Positions 20,289 through 29,661 of a DNA stretch of 37,624 bases are shown piece after piece; position 1 is the first letter of the stretch; each line of letters starts with the position of its first letter. The translations under genes and the position numbers were made by a program. The notes beneath the pieces were generated by a model. The model ran no database searches. It was not told where the DNA came from and saw only the letters and a list, made by a program, of their open reading frames with translations. The stretch comes from Acidobacteriota bacterium (GTDB taxonomy: Bacteria; Acidobacteriota; UBA4820; DSQY01): contig JBMFSH010000027.1 in the NCBI GenBank assembly GCA_049967655.1, positions 1 to 37,624 on the forward strand, written 5' to 3'.

Positions 20289-20834
20289 ATGGAGAGCTTC
20301 GCGCACATCCTCCTGGTCGTGGTCGTGCCGGCTCTCTTCCTCGTGCTGGCCACCGTGGCGTGGGCCCTGATCGTCTTCCAGGTGCCCGGCACCTGGATCA
20401 TGATCCTGCTCGCCCTGCTCTATGGGCTGATCGAGGGCTTCAAGGCGATGAGCCCCTGGGTCTTGCTCGTGGGCGTGGCCATCGCCCTGACCGGGGAGGC
20501 GGTGGAATGGGGAATGGGCTACTTCGGCGCCAAGGGCTTCGGCGGCTCGCGTGCGGCCGGTTGGGCGGCGCTGGTCGGCTCCATCGTCGGCGCCGTACTG
20601 GGGGCCGCTTTCGGGTGGGGGCTGGGCGCCATCCCCGGCACCATCTTGGGCGCCTTCGCGGGCGCCCTGATCGTGGAGGCGGTGCGCCAACGCCACGCCG
20701 GCAAAGCCCTAAAGGCGGGGATCGGGGCGGGCGTCGGCCGGGCCCTGGGTCTAGCCACGAAACTGGGCATGAGCGGGGCCTTCCTGGCGCTCCTCTACGT
20801 CCGGGTTCTCTGGACGGCCTTCAAGGCGGGATGA
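20289..20834 (+). CDS. DUF456 (YqgC-like) membrane protein
   Basis: Multiple TM helices, [43 protein letters not shown]. Confidence 0.75.
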   Translation: MESFAHILLVVVVPALFLVLATVAWALIVFQVPGTWIMILLALLYGLIEGFKAMSPWVLLVGVAIALTGEAVEWGMGYFGAKGFGGSRAAGWAALVGSIVGAVLGAAFGWGLGAIPGTILGAFAGALIVEAVRQRHAGKALKAGIGAGVGRALGLATKLGMSGAFLALLYVRVLWTAFKAG

Positions 20835-20881
20835 AGGCCCGCTTGTTGTGCGTTGAGAGAATCTCAAAGAAGGAGATCACG

Positions 20882-21868
20882 ATGCAGAGGCGAAGATTAG
20901 GCAAGAACGGCCCCGAGGTGTCCGCTCAGGGCCTCGGCTGCATGGGCATGTCGGAGTTTTACGCGGGTCGGGACGACGCCGAGTCCATCGCCACGATCCA
21001 CCGGGCGCTGGAGCTGGGCATCACCTTCCTCGATACGGCGGACATGTACGGCGTGGGCGAGAACGAGAAGCTCGTGGGCCAAGCCATCGCGGGCAAACGC
21101 CACCAGGTCTTCCTGGCCACCAAGTTCGGAAACGTCCGAGGCTCCAAGGGCGAGTTCCTCGGCGTGAACGGACGTCCCGAGTACGTCAGGGCTTGCTGCG
21201 AGGCGAGCCTGAGGCGCCTCGGCACGGACACCATCGACCTCTACTACCAGCACCGCGTGGACCCGCAGGTCCCCATCGAAGAGACCGTGGGGGCCATGTC
21301 ACGGCTCGTTGAAGAGGGCAAGGTGCGCTATCTCGGCCTGTCGGAGGCCTCGCCCAGGACCCTTCGGCGCGCCTGCGCCGTCCACCCCATCTCGGCCCTC
21401 CAGACGGAGTACTCTCTCTGGACGCGCGACCCCGAGCCGGAGATCCTGCCCGCGTGCCGGGATCTGGGCGTCGCCTTTGTGGCCTACAGTCCCCTGGGTC
21501 GAGGCTTTCTGTCCGGGCGTTTCCGCAAGCCCGAGGACCTGCCCGAGGACGACTACCGCCGCCACCACCCGCGCTTCCAGGGGGAGAACTTCCAGGCGAA
21601 CCTGCGGCTCGTGGAGAAGGTGGAGGCCATGGCCAAGTCGAAGGGCTGCACGCCGTCCCAGCTTGCCCTGGCCTGGGTCCTGGCCAAAGGGGAGGAGATC
21701 ATCCCCATCCCTGGCACTAAGCGCCGCAGCTACCTCGAAGAAAACGTCGCGGCCCTCGATGTGGCTCTGAGCCCCGCCGAGGTGCGCCAGCTCGACGAGG
21801 CCATCCCCGCCGGCGTCACCGCCGGCCCTCGGTACCACGAACAGGCTATGAAGGCGATTGATCAGTAA
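20882..21868 (+). CDS. Aldo/keto reductase (AKR13-like)
   Basis: [69 protein letters not shown]. Confidence 0.95.
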   Translation: MQRRRLGKNGPEVSAQGLGCMGMSEFYAGRDDAESIATIHRALELGITFLDTADMYGVGENEKLVGQAIAGKRHQVFLATKFGNVRGSKGEFLGVNGRPEYVRACCEASLRRLGTDTIDLYYQHRVDPQVPIEETVGAMSRLVEEGKVRYLGLSEASPRTLRRACAVHPISALQTEYSLWTRDPEPEILPACRDLGVAFVAYSPLGRGFLSGRFRKPEDLPEDDYRRHHPRFQGENFQANLRLVEKVEAMAKSKGCTPSQLALAWVLAKGEEIIPIPGTKRRSYLEENVAALDVALSPAEVRQLDEAIPAGVTAGPRYHEQAMKAIDQ

Positions 21869-22090
21869 CTTGCCGAAAGGCGTGGTTCCGCGGCGCTGGC
21901 GGTGGTCGAGGGGGTGCGGGGGAACGGGGAGGTTCCCCCGCGCGAAGACATACCGGCGCAAGGGCAGAGGGTGACAGCCTGCCGGAGGCAGGCGCCAGAG
22001 GGGGGCGGCCGAGCCCCCCTATGGGGAGCGCCCTGCGCGACCCGCCGGCCCTCGGTACCACGAACAGGCTATGAAGGCCATCGACCGGTA
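21819..22090 (+). mobile_element. 223-bp structured insertion bounded by a 37-bp direct repeat of the AKR gene 3' end (att-like scar)
   Basis: CCGCCGGCCCTCGGTACCACGAACAGGCTATGAAGGC at 21819-21855 and 22042-22078, with several hairpins in between. The repeat is certain; the mobile-element interpretation is inferred. Confidence 0.55.
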
Positions 22091-22116
22091 GACGCGAAAC
22101 GCAAAGAGTAAGGACA

Positions 22117-22228
22117 ACCGCGGAGACACAGAGGCACAGGGGGAGGGAGGGTGCTCGTCTCACCGCTCCCCGCTCCCGTCTGGGGCTATTTCACATTCCA
22201 AGTCTCTGTGTCTCGGTGCCTCTGTGGT
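22117..22228. repeat. CACAGAG-family inverted repeat (REP-like)
   Basis: ACCGCGGAGACACAGAGGCACAG (22117-22139) faces CTCTGTGTCTCGGTGCCTCTGTGGT (~22204-22228); related arms at 27216-27240 and 37593-37618. Confidence 0.7.
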
Positions 22229-22340
22229 TTTTCCCTCCTTTAGCCCGCACTGCCCCGTTTGACTCGCCTTCAAGGGTTGCGGGAAGATGGCCCCCTTCGG
22301 GGGGCCTCGGTCGCCCCACGCCTCTGAAGGAGGGGACGGC

Positions 22341-23873
22341 ATGACAATCCGATTGGATGGAGAACACCTGACCATAGAGGAGGTGGTGCGCGTGGCCCGG
22401 CACGGCGAGCAGGTGGAGCTCGCTGCCGAGGCCATGGAGCGCATCAAGACCTGCCGGGCCATGCTGGAAAGGAAGATCCGGGCCCACGAGACCATGTACG
22501 GCGTGAACACCGGCATCGGCGAATTCTCGGAGGTGGCCCTCAGCGACGAGCAGGTCCAGCAGTTCCAGAAGTACCTCATCTACAACCACGCCGCGGGCAT
22601 CGGCGAACCGGCGCCCGTGGAGCACGTGCGGGCCGCCATGCTGAGCCGCATCAACGTCCACGCCAAGGGCTTCTCGGGCTGCCGGCCCGAGATCCCGCTC
22701 ACCTACGCGGCCCTGTTGAACGCGGGCATCACTCCGGTGGTCTGCGAGAAGGGGAGCGTGGGGGCCTGCGGCGACCTCGCTCCCATGAGCCAGTGCGCCC
22801 TGTCGCTGATGGGCGAGGGCGAGTGCTTTTACCAAGGGAAGCGGATGCCCACGAGAGAGGCCATGGAGCAGGCGGGCCTCCCCGTGCCGGGCCTGAAAGC
22901 GCGCGACGGCCTGGCCGCCATCAACGGCTCCAACCTCATCACCGGCATGGCCTGCCTGGAGCTCGTCGACGCCGAACGCTGGGTGAAGCAGGCGGAGATC
23001 GCCGCGGCCATGAGCCTGGAGGCGCTGCTGGCCAACATGAGGCCGTACGAGGCGAAGCTCCACGAGCTGCGCGGCTTCCGCGGGGCGGTCACCTGCGCCG
23101 CCAACCTTTGCGCCGTGATGGCGGGCTCCGACCTCGTCACCGGCAAGCTCAAGGTGAAGGTGCAGGATGCCTACTCCATGCGCGCCACTCCGCAGGTGAT
23201 CGGAGCCCTGCGGGACCAGCTCGCCCACGCCCGCAGGCAGATCGAGATCGAGCTGAACGGCGTGGCGGACAACCCCATCTTCGTGGCGGAGGAGAACAAG
23301 GTCTACACCGGTGCCAACTTCCAGGGCACACCCGTGAGCCTGCCGCTGGACGTGGTGGGGGCGGGCGTGGCGATGGTCTCGGTCCTCTCCGAGCGCCGCC
23401 TGAACCGCCTCCTGAACCCGGCCCTCTCGGTGGGCCTGCCGGCCTTCCTGACGAAGGGCGCGGGGATGTTCTCGGGCCACATGCTGAGCCAGTACACGGC
23501 CGACATGCTCATCGTGGAGCAGCGCATCCTCTCTGCGCCGAGCTACGTCCAGTCCATCCCCGCGGCGGCGGACCAGGAGGACTTCGTCTCCATGGGCATG
23601 AACGGTGCCCTCAAGACGCGCCAGATTCTGGAGAACGCCAACGGGGTGCTGGCCATCGAATTCATTGCCGCGGCTCAGGGGCTCGATTTCCGCGAGTTCA
23701 AACCGGGCGAGGGCACCCGCGCGGCCCACGCCGCCGTGCGCAAGGTCGTGGCCCACCTGGAGGAGGACCGCCCCCTCTTCAAGGACCACAACGCCATGCG
23801 GGACGCCGTCAAGGCCTGCGCCGTCCTCGATGCCGTGGAGGCCGCCATCGGCGAGCTCAAGAGCTCCTGGTAG
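22341..23873 (+). CDS. MIO-dependent aromatic amino acid ammonia-lyase (histidine ammonia-lyase family) with an Ala-Cys-Gly triad
   Basis: YGVNTGIG, HAAGIG, GSVGACGDLAP, GLAAING, VQDAYSMR..PQV.G, DNP, GANFQG, SERR..RL, QEDFVSMG; SD AAGGAGG. Confidence 0.92.
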   Translation: MTIRLDGEHLTIEEVVRVARHGEQVELAAEAMERIKTCRAMLERKIRAHETMYGVNTGIGEFSEVALSDEQVQQFQKYLIYNHAAGIGEPAPVEHVRAAMLSRINVHAKGFSGCRPEIPLTYAALLNAGITPVVCEKGSVGACGDLAPMSQCALSLMGEGECFYQGKRMPTREAMEQAGLPVPGLKARDGLAAINGSNLITGMACLELVDAERWVKQAEIAAAMSLEALLANMRPYEAKLHELRGFRGAVTCAANLCAVMAGSDLVTGKLKVKVQDAYSMRATPQVIGALRDQLAHARRQIEIELNGVADNPIFVAEENKVYTGANFQGTPVSLPLDVVGAGVAMVSVLSERRLNRLLNPALSVGLPAFLTKGAGMFSGHMLSQYTADMLIVEQRILSAPSYVQSIPAAADQEDFVSMGMNGALKTRQILENANGVLAIEFIAAAQGLDFREFKPGEGTRAAHAAVRKVVAHLEEDRPLFKDHNAMRDAVKACAVLDAVEAAIGELKSSW

Positions 23874-24069
23874 GAAGGATTGACCACCAAGGCACCAAGA
23901 CACCAAAACACGATGGGATTGGGGCGAAGGACTTCCCTCGGCCCCTTCACCCTCCTCCCCCGTAGGAGCGCTCTCCAGAGCGCGACGGGGGGCGGTACGG
24001 CGAACCGGTCCTCTCTACCCCATCCGGCCCGCCCGCGTCTCGCGTCTCGCATCTCGCCTCCTCCCGCAG

Positions 24070-24098
24070 TTGACAGAAGCGGCCGGGCGAGCTAAGGT
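24070..24098 (+). promoter_or_regulatory. sigma70 promoter upstream of the M16 peptidase
   Basis: TTGACA-N17-TAAGGT, about 270 bp upstream of the start codon. Confidence 0.55.
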
Positions 24099-24371
24099 CG
24101 GGGACAGACGATCCCCCCGGAGAAGCTCGATGCAAGTGCCCGTCCGGGAGGAGCAGGTGGTGGCACCGCAGCTCTGTCCATGGTCCGGCAGCGCGTCGTT
24201 CCGGGAGGGAAACCGCGAATGAGGCGTGATGCGGATCTTCCACTTCCCGTGCAGCCCCCTTCGGCACCACCCCGGCGGCCCGCGCCGATCCCTCCTTGAA
24301 GTCTCACTTTCTCTTTGTCCTTGCCCCCACCGCGGGGCAAAAGCACGTCCCTATTTCTGAGGAGTCGAACG

Positions 24372-27122
24372 ATGACTGCATTTGGGAATCGGATCTCTTC
24401 CGCGCGCTCGGAGGCCCTCCAGGCCTCGGCGGTGAGGAAGAGCCTCCAGAAGCTGGGAAGGTGGGGCGCCATGGCCCTGCTGCTCATGGGCGTGATCGGG
24501 GCACCGCGAGTTTTGGCGGCCGGCCAGACGGCCCAGGAGCCGGGGGTCCTGCGGGCCACCCTGAAGAACGGCCTGCGCGTCGTCATCGTGCAGAACAAGC
24601 TGGCCCCCGTGGTGACCACCGAGGTCAACTACCTCGTGGGCTCCAACGAAGCGCCAGCGGGCTTCCCGGGCATGGCTCACGCGCAGGAGCACATGATGTT
24701 CCGCGGCAGCCCCAAGCTATCGGCCGACCAGCTCGCCGACATCACCGCCGCCATGGGGGGCGACTTCGACGCCGACACCCAGCAGACGGTGACGCAGTAC
24801 TTCTTCACCGTCCCCGCCGAGGACCTGGACCTGGCCCTGCACATCGAGGCGGACCGCATGAGCGGAGTCCTCGACACCGACAAACTCTGGGGCGAGGAGC
24901 GCGGGGCCATCGAACAGGAGGTGGCCCAGGACCTCTCCAACCCGCAGTACGTCTTCTACACCAAACTGCTGGCGGCCATGTTCAAGGGCACGCCCTACGC
25001 CCACGACGCGCTGGGGACGCGGCCCTCCTTCGACAAGACCACGGGCGCCATGCTGCACCGGTTCTACGACTCCTGGTACGCGCCCAACAACGCCATCCTC
25101 GTCATCGTGGGCAACGTGGACCCTCAGGCCACGCTGAAGGAGGTGGAGAAGCTCTTCGGCTCCATTCCAGGAAAAAAAATCCCGCAGCGCCCGGCGGTCA
25201 AGCTGGAGCCCGTCAAGCCCGAAACTCTGAACCTCACCACCGATCTGCCCTACGGCATGGCCATCGTGAGTTTCCGGATGCCCGGCTCGGACAGCACCGA
25301 CTACGCCGCGGCGCAGGTGCTGAGCGACGTCCTGAGCAGCCAGCGCTGGAACCTCTACGGCTTGGTGCCGCAGGGGAAGGCCATGTACGCCGGCTTCCAG
25401 ATGAGCGCCCTGCCGAAGGCCGGAATCGGCTTCGCCATCGCCGTCTTCCCGAAGGGGGCCGACGCGGCGAGCCTCGTGAAAGAGATCAAGGGGATCATCG
25501 CCCAGGCCGCGCAGAAGGGCCTGCCGGCCGACCTGGTGGAGGCAGCCAAACGGCAGGAGCTGACCGATTCCGAGCTTCAGAAGAACTCCGTCTCGGGTCT
25601 CGCCGAGGCCTGGTCCCAGGCCCTCGCCGTGGAGGGGCGCCAGTCCCCCGACGATGACGTTCAGGCCATGGAGAAGGTGACCGTGGCGGATGTGGACCGG
25701 GTGGCCAAGCAGATTCTGGACCAGCATCACGCCATCGTGGCCATCCTTACCCCCCAGCCCTCGGGCAAGCCGCTCTCCTCCAAGGGATTCGGCGGCAAGG
25801 AGTCCTTCGCCCCCAAGAACCCCAAGGCCGTAAAGCTGCCGCCCTGGGCCGAGAAGGCGCTGGGCCGGCTCTCCGTCCCGGCCTCCGTGGTGAACCCGGT
25901 GGTCACGATCCTCCCCAACGGCCTGAGGCTCATCGTTCAACCCACGTCCATCAGCGACACCGTCACCGTTTTGGGGCAGATCAAGAATCAGTCCGATCTG
26001 GAGACGCCCAAGGGCCAAGAGGGGGTGAACCAGGTCCTGGACCAGCTCTTCTCCTTCGGCACCACGAACCTGGACCGCCTCGCCTTCCAGAAGGCCCTCG
26101 ACGACATCGGCGCCAAGGAGTCCGCGGGCACGAGCTTCTCCGTGGAGGCCCTGGCGGACCACTTCGACCGCGCCGTAGAGCTCCTGGCCGACAACGAGCT
26201 GAACCCCGCCCTGCCCGAGCAGGCCTTCAAGATCATGCAGGCGCAGACCGCCCGCTCCGTGGCGGGTCTCCTGCAGAGCCCCTTCTACCTCTCGGGCCGG
26301 GCCCTCGACGCGGCCCTCTTTCCCAAGGACGACCCGAGCCTCAGGGAGGCCACGCCCCAGACCGTCTCCGCCCTCACGCTCCAAGACGTGAAGGCCTATT
26401 ACGCCAAGGTTTTCCGGCCCGACCTCACGACCATCGTGGTAATGGGCAAGGTCACGCCCGCGGAGGCCAAGGCCGCCGTCGAGAAGTACTTCGGCGGATG
26501 GAAGGCCGAAGGGCCCAAGCCCGAGACCGTGCTTCCGGCCGTCCCGCCCAACAAGCCCTCCTCCACGGTGGTGCCCGACAGCAGCCGCGTGCAGGACAGC
26601 GTCACCCTCGCCGAGACCCTCGGCCTGAACCGCTCCAATCCCGACTACTACGCCCTCGAGCTCGGCAATCACGTGCTCGGCGGCGCCTTCTACGCCACGC
26701 GCCTCTACCGCGACCTGCGCGAGAAGGGTGGGCTGGTCTACACCGTCTCCTCCACCTTCGACGTGGGCCAGAAGCGCTCCCTCTACGTGGTGCGCTACGG
26801 CTGCGACCCGCCCAACGTGACCAAGGCGCAGACCATGGTGGTGCGCGAGCTGAAGTCCATGTCCACGGCGCCCGTCACGCCCGAGGAGCTGCAGAAGGCG
26901 AAGGCGCTGGTGCTGCGCGAGATCCCGCTCTCCGAATCGAGCGTGGGCAGCATTGCCCGCGGGCTCATCTACCGCTCCACCCACGACCTGCCCCTCGACG
27001 AGCCCACCCTCGCGGCCCACAAATACCTCGCCCTCACGGCGCCGCAGATCCAGGCCGCCTACGCCAAGTGGCTGCGCCCCGACGACCTGGTCCGCGTCAC
27101 CCAGGGACCCGAGCCGAAGTAG
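24372..27122 (+). CDS. M16 family (pitrilysin/PqqL-like) zinc protease, exported
   Basis: LKNGLRVVI, GMAHAQEHMMFRGS (inverted HxxEH), YAPNNAILVIVG, second half LPNGLRLIV ... RLYRDLREKGGLVY; SD GAGGAG. Confidence 0.93.
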   Translation: MTAFGNRISSARSEALQASAVRKSLQKLGRWGAMALLLMGVIGAPRVLAAGQTAQEPGVLRATLKNGLRVVIVQNKLAPVVTTEVNYLVGSNEAPAGFPGMAHAQEHMMFRGSPKLSADQLADITAAMGGDFDADTQQTVTQYFFTVPAEDLDLALHIEADRMSGVLDTDKLWGEERGAIEQEVAQDLSNPQYVFYTKLLAAMFKGTPYAHDALGTRPSFDKTTGAMLHRFYDSWYAPNNAILVIVGNVDPQATLKEVEKLFGSIPGKKIPQRPAVKLEPVKPETLNLTTDLPYGMAIVSFRMPGSDSTDYAAAQVLSDVLSSQRWNLYGLVPQGKAMYAGFQMSALPKAGIGFAIAVFPKGADAASLVKEIKGIIAQAAQKGLPADLVEAAKRQELTDSELQKNSVSGLAEAWSQALAVEGRQSPDDDVQAMEKVTVADVDRVAKQILDQHHAIVAILTPQPSGKPLSSKGFGGKESFAPKNPKAVKLPPWAEKALGRLSVPASVVNPVVTILPNGLRLIVQPTSISDTVTVLGQIKNQSDLETPKGQEGVNQVLDQLFSFGTTNLDRLAFQKALDDIGAKESAGTSFSVEALADHFDRAVELLADNELNPALPEQAFKIMQAQTARSVAGLLQSPFYLSGRALDAALFPKDDPSLREATPQTVSALTLQDVKAYYAKVFRPDLTTIVVMGKVTPAEAKAAVEKYFGGWKAEGPKPETVLPAVPPNKPSSTVVPDSSRVQDSVTLAETLGLNRSNPDYYALELGNHVLGGAFYATRLYRDLREKGGLVYTVSSTFDVGQKRSLYVVRYGCDPPNVTKAQTMVVRELKSMSTAPVTPEELQKAKALVLREIPLSESSVGSIARGLIYRSTHDLPLDEPTLAAHKYLALTAPQIQAAYAKWLRPDDLVRVTQGPEPK

Positions 27123-27148
27123 GCGCGGGGAGAGAGAACCACCCCACC

Positions 27149-27188
27149 CCGGGGAGGGGGCGCCAGCGTCACGGCGTCCTCTCCCCGG
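27149..27188. terminator. Long hairpin between convergent genes (possible bidirectional terminator or REP)
   Basis: 16-bp stem CCGGGGAGGGGGCGCC/GGCGTCCTCTCCCCGG; no clear U tract. Confidence 0.5.
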
Positions 27189-27270
27189 AAGGGGCGAGAG
27201 GGGAAGAAAAGATTCACCACAGAGGCACAGAGGACAGAGAGGGGAGATGCTTCACTTCTCATCTCGCTCT

Positions 27271-29028
27271 TCACGCCTTGAGCGGCGGTTTCCTCAGGTG
27301 CCACGGCGTGGCCTCCTGGTAGGCGCGGGCCAGGGCCAGCAGTTCGCCCTCGCCGTAAAGCTTCCCGATGAAGCTGATGCTCGTGGGGGTGCCGCTCGCA
27401 CGGAAGCCGTCGGGCACGACCACGCAGGGGTGGCCCGTGAGGTTGGTGATGGTGAGGTCCTGGCCGCCGAAGCTCGGGCATAGGTAGGCGTCCACCGTCC
27501 CCATCAGCTTGGCCATGGCCTCCATCAGCACGGTCCGCGCCCGGTTGGCCTGGATGTACTCCACCGCCGGGATAAGCTGGGCCTGCCGAAAAATGTTGGG
27601 CCAGTCATCGGGGCCCTGGGCCGTCAGCAGGGCGTCGCGGCCCGATCGGGTGAGGTGGTCGAAGGCCGCCGCCGCCTCGCAGGAGAGCAGGAGCGCCATG
27701 GAGTCGGCGGGCAGGTCGGGCAGCTCCACGGGGACCAGCTCCACGCCCTGGCGCCTCAGCACCTCCAGCACGGCGCGGTCGAAGACCGGCCACTCCTTGT
27801 CCTCCTCCTTCTTCTCGGCGTCGGGGTCCTCCTCGCTATTCTCCGCGAAGAGGCTCTTGACGTAGCCCACCTTGAGCGTGCGTACGTCCAGGCCGGGGTC
27901 CCAGCGGAAGGGGGCCGCCACCACCGTCCCGTCCCGCCCGTCGGGGCCCTGGATGGCCGCGAAGACGGCGGCGCAGTCCTCCACGCTGCGGGCGATGGGG
28001 CCCACCTTGTCCATGCTCCAGGAGAGGGCCATGGCCCCCGTCCGCGGCACGCGGCCGAAGGTGGGCCTCAGCCCCGTGCAGCCGCAGCGGTTGGAGGGCG
28101 AGACGATGGAGCCCAGGGTCTCAGTCCCGATGGCGAAGCCCACGAGCCCCGCCGCCGTCGCCGCGGCCGAGCCCGCCGAGGAGCCGCTGGAGCCCTCCTC
28201 GGGGTCCCACGGGTTACGCGTCTTGCCGCCGAACCAGACGTCGCCCATGGCCAGGGCCCCGCAGGAGAGCTTGGCCACCAGAACCGCCCCCGCCGCGTCC
28301 AGGCGCTGCACCACCGCGGCGTCCTCGTCGATCACCTGGTCCCGGTAAGGGCCGGCGCCCCAGGTGGTCCGGTAGCCCTTCACCGCGAAGAGATCCTTCA
28401 CCCCCCACGGCACGCCGTGCAGCGGCCCGCGGCTGTGCCCCGCGGCGATCTCCTCGTCGGCCTTCGCGGCCTGGGCCAGCGCCCGCTCCTCCGTGAGGGT
28501 GATGACGCAGTGGAGGATCGGGTCGTAGCGCCTGAGCCGAGCGAGGTACATCTTGGTGAGCGCCGTGGAGGTGACCTTGCGCTCCCCGATCAGCACGCCG
28601 AGCGCCGTGGCGGGCAGGAAGGCCAGGGCCTCCAGGTCGTCGCCCACTGACGGCACCGCCTGCGGACCCAGCGCGAAGGCGTCCGCGCCCTCCGGCGGCC
28701 GGGCCCCCGGCAGCAGCGGCACGAAGCGCAGGGCCGGCGGCACGCTGTTGGGAAGGGGGACCGCGCGGATCTTGGCGAAGTCCTCCTCCAGGCCGTTGAG
28801 CCCCTTGACCATCATCTCGCGCTGCGGGTCCGTGAAGGTCAGCCCCGCCACCTGCTCGGCCTGCGCGATGACCTCCTTGGTGACCTTGCCCTTCTCCGCG
28901 GCCAGCGCCCAGAGGGCATTCGGGAACACCGTGGCCGCCAGGCCGAAGCTCGACAGTCTGCTCATGAAGGCGCGCCGGTCCAGGCCCGTGGCCCCTCCGG
29001 CACCTTCCGCCGCTCTCGTCTCGGTCAT
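27271..29028 (-). CDS. Amidase-signature family enzyme with twin-arginine signal
   Basis: DRRAFM Tat motif, GPLHGVPWGVKD, GSSGSSAGSAAA, IGTETLGSIVSP (Ser-cisSer-Lys triad), NLTGHP; SD GGAGGT. Confidence 0.92.
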   Translation of the reverse strand: MTETRAAEGAGGATGLDRRAFMSRLSSFGLAATVFPNALWALAAEKGKVTKEVIAQAEQVAGLTFTDPQREMMVKGLNGLEEDFAKIRAVPLPNSVPPALRFVPLLPGARPPEGADAFALGPQAVPSVGDDLEALAFLPATALGVLIGERKVTSTALTKMYLARLRRYDPILHCVITLTEERALAQAAKADEEIAAGHSRGPLHGVPWGVKDLFAVKGYRTTWGAGPYRDQVIDEDAAVVQRLDAAGAVLVAKLSCGALAMGDVWFGGKTRNPWDPEEGSSGSSAGSAAATAAGLVGFAIGTETLGSIVSPSNRCGCTGLRPTFGRVPRTGAMALSWSMDKVGPIARSVEDCAAVFAAIQGPDGRDGTVVAAPFRWDPGLDVRTLKVGYVKSLFAENSEEDPDAEKKEEDKEWPVFDRAVLEVLRRQGVELVPVELPDLPADSMALLLSCEAAAAFDHLTRSGRDALLTAQGPDDWPNIFRQAQLIPAVEYIQANRARTVLMEAMAKLMGTVDAYLCPSFGGQDLTITNLTGHPCVVVPDGFRASGTPTSISFIGKLYGEGELLALARAYQEATPWHLRKPPLKA

Positions 29029-29252
29029 GCTCCACCTCCCGCGGGTGCGCCGGCACCTGCATCGTATGTGGACGAGGATCGCATGGAGCGGAGAAGTTCG
29101 GAAGGGAGGGGGGCCCCCAATCCTGCGATGGAAGGGAGGAAAGAGCATGATAAGTAGGCGGAACAAGCTATTGAAGAAGAGGCCCTTATCACCTATCAAG
29201 GGATTGGGGCGCCCTCGAGCCAAGGGCGAGAGGGCGCCAAGGGTGGGGTGAG

Positions 29253-29277
29253 GCTCCACGGGCTTTGCCCGTGGAGC
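29253..29277. repeat. REP-like palindrome
   Basis: GCTCCACGGGC-TTT-GCCCGTGGAGC, a perfect 11-bp stem. Confidence 0.65.
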
Positions 29278-29442
29278 GGGGCCCCGCAGGGCAATCTCCC
29301 GAACCGTCGGGCTTGGCTCGCGGTTCGGGGCGGCAAGGCCATGGCCCTCCCCGTCCAAGAGACAACGCCTTTCCCCCGTGAACCGGAGCGGTAGCCGGAG
29401 GCACCCGCGTTTCCATCGCGGAATTTGGGGGGACGGGGTTCC

Positions 29443-29472
29443 TTGAAAAACGGCCCGAGCGGTCACTATACT
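29443..29472 (+). promoter_or_regulatory. Putative sigma70 promoter of the TonB-receptor operon
   Basis: TTGAAA-N18-TATACT, about 190 bp upstream of ATG 29662. Confidence 0.5.
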
Positions 29473-29661
29473 TCTCGACAGAAGCGGGCTCTCCTGCTAT
29501 GAGGTGTTGCACCGCGCACGGCGACTGAAGCCGTTCAGCCTCGGAGAAGGGCGGGAGGCCCCAGATCCTATTTCAGTCGCGAGCGAGTTTCGGGCTTCGG
29601 GGAGGTCGATCGAGAGAGGGAGGGCGCGGCTGTCTCCGCTGACGGGAAGGAGAGGGGTCGG

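Noticed and set aside
21819..22090. Diversity-generating retroelement TR/VR pair
   Set aside because: The mismatches (G/C, T/C, T/C, A/G, A/G) are not confined to adenines on one strand, and there is no reverse transcriptase in the window.
27271..29028. GatA subunit partnering gltX
   Set aside because: It has a Tat signal, the nucleophile motif is GTETLGS rather than GSDTGGS, and no gatB/gatC is adjacent, so it is better read as an exported amidase.
29030..29661. Cobalamin riboswitch or Fur box upstream of the TonB receptor
   Set aside because: No B12-box, GGGAA...GCCACTG core or GATAAT-type repeat was recognised by eye; an Rfam scan is still advisable.
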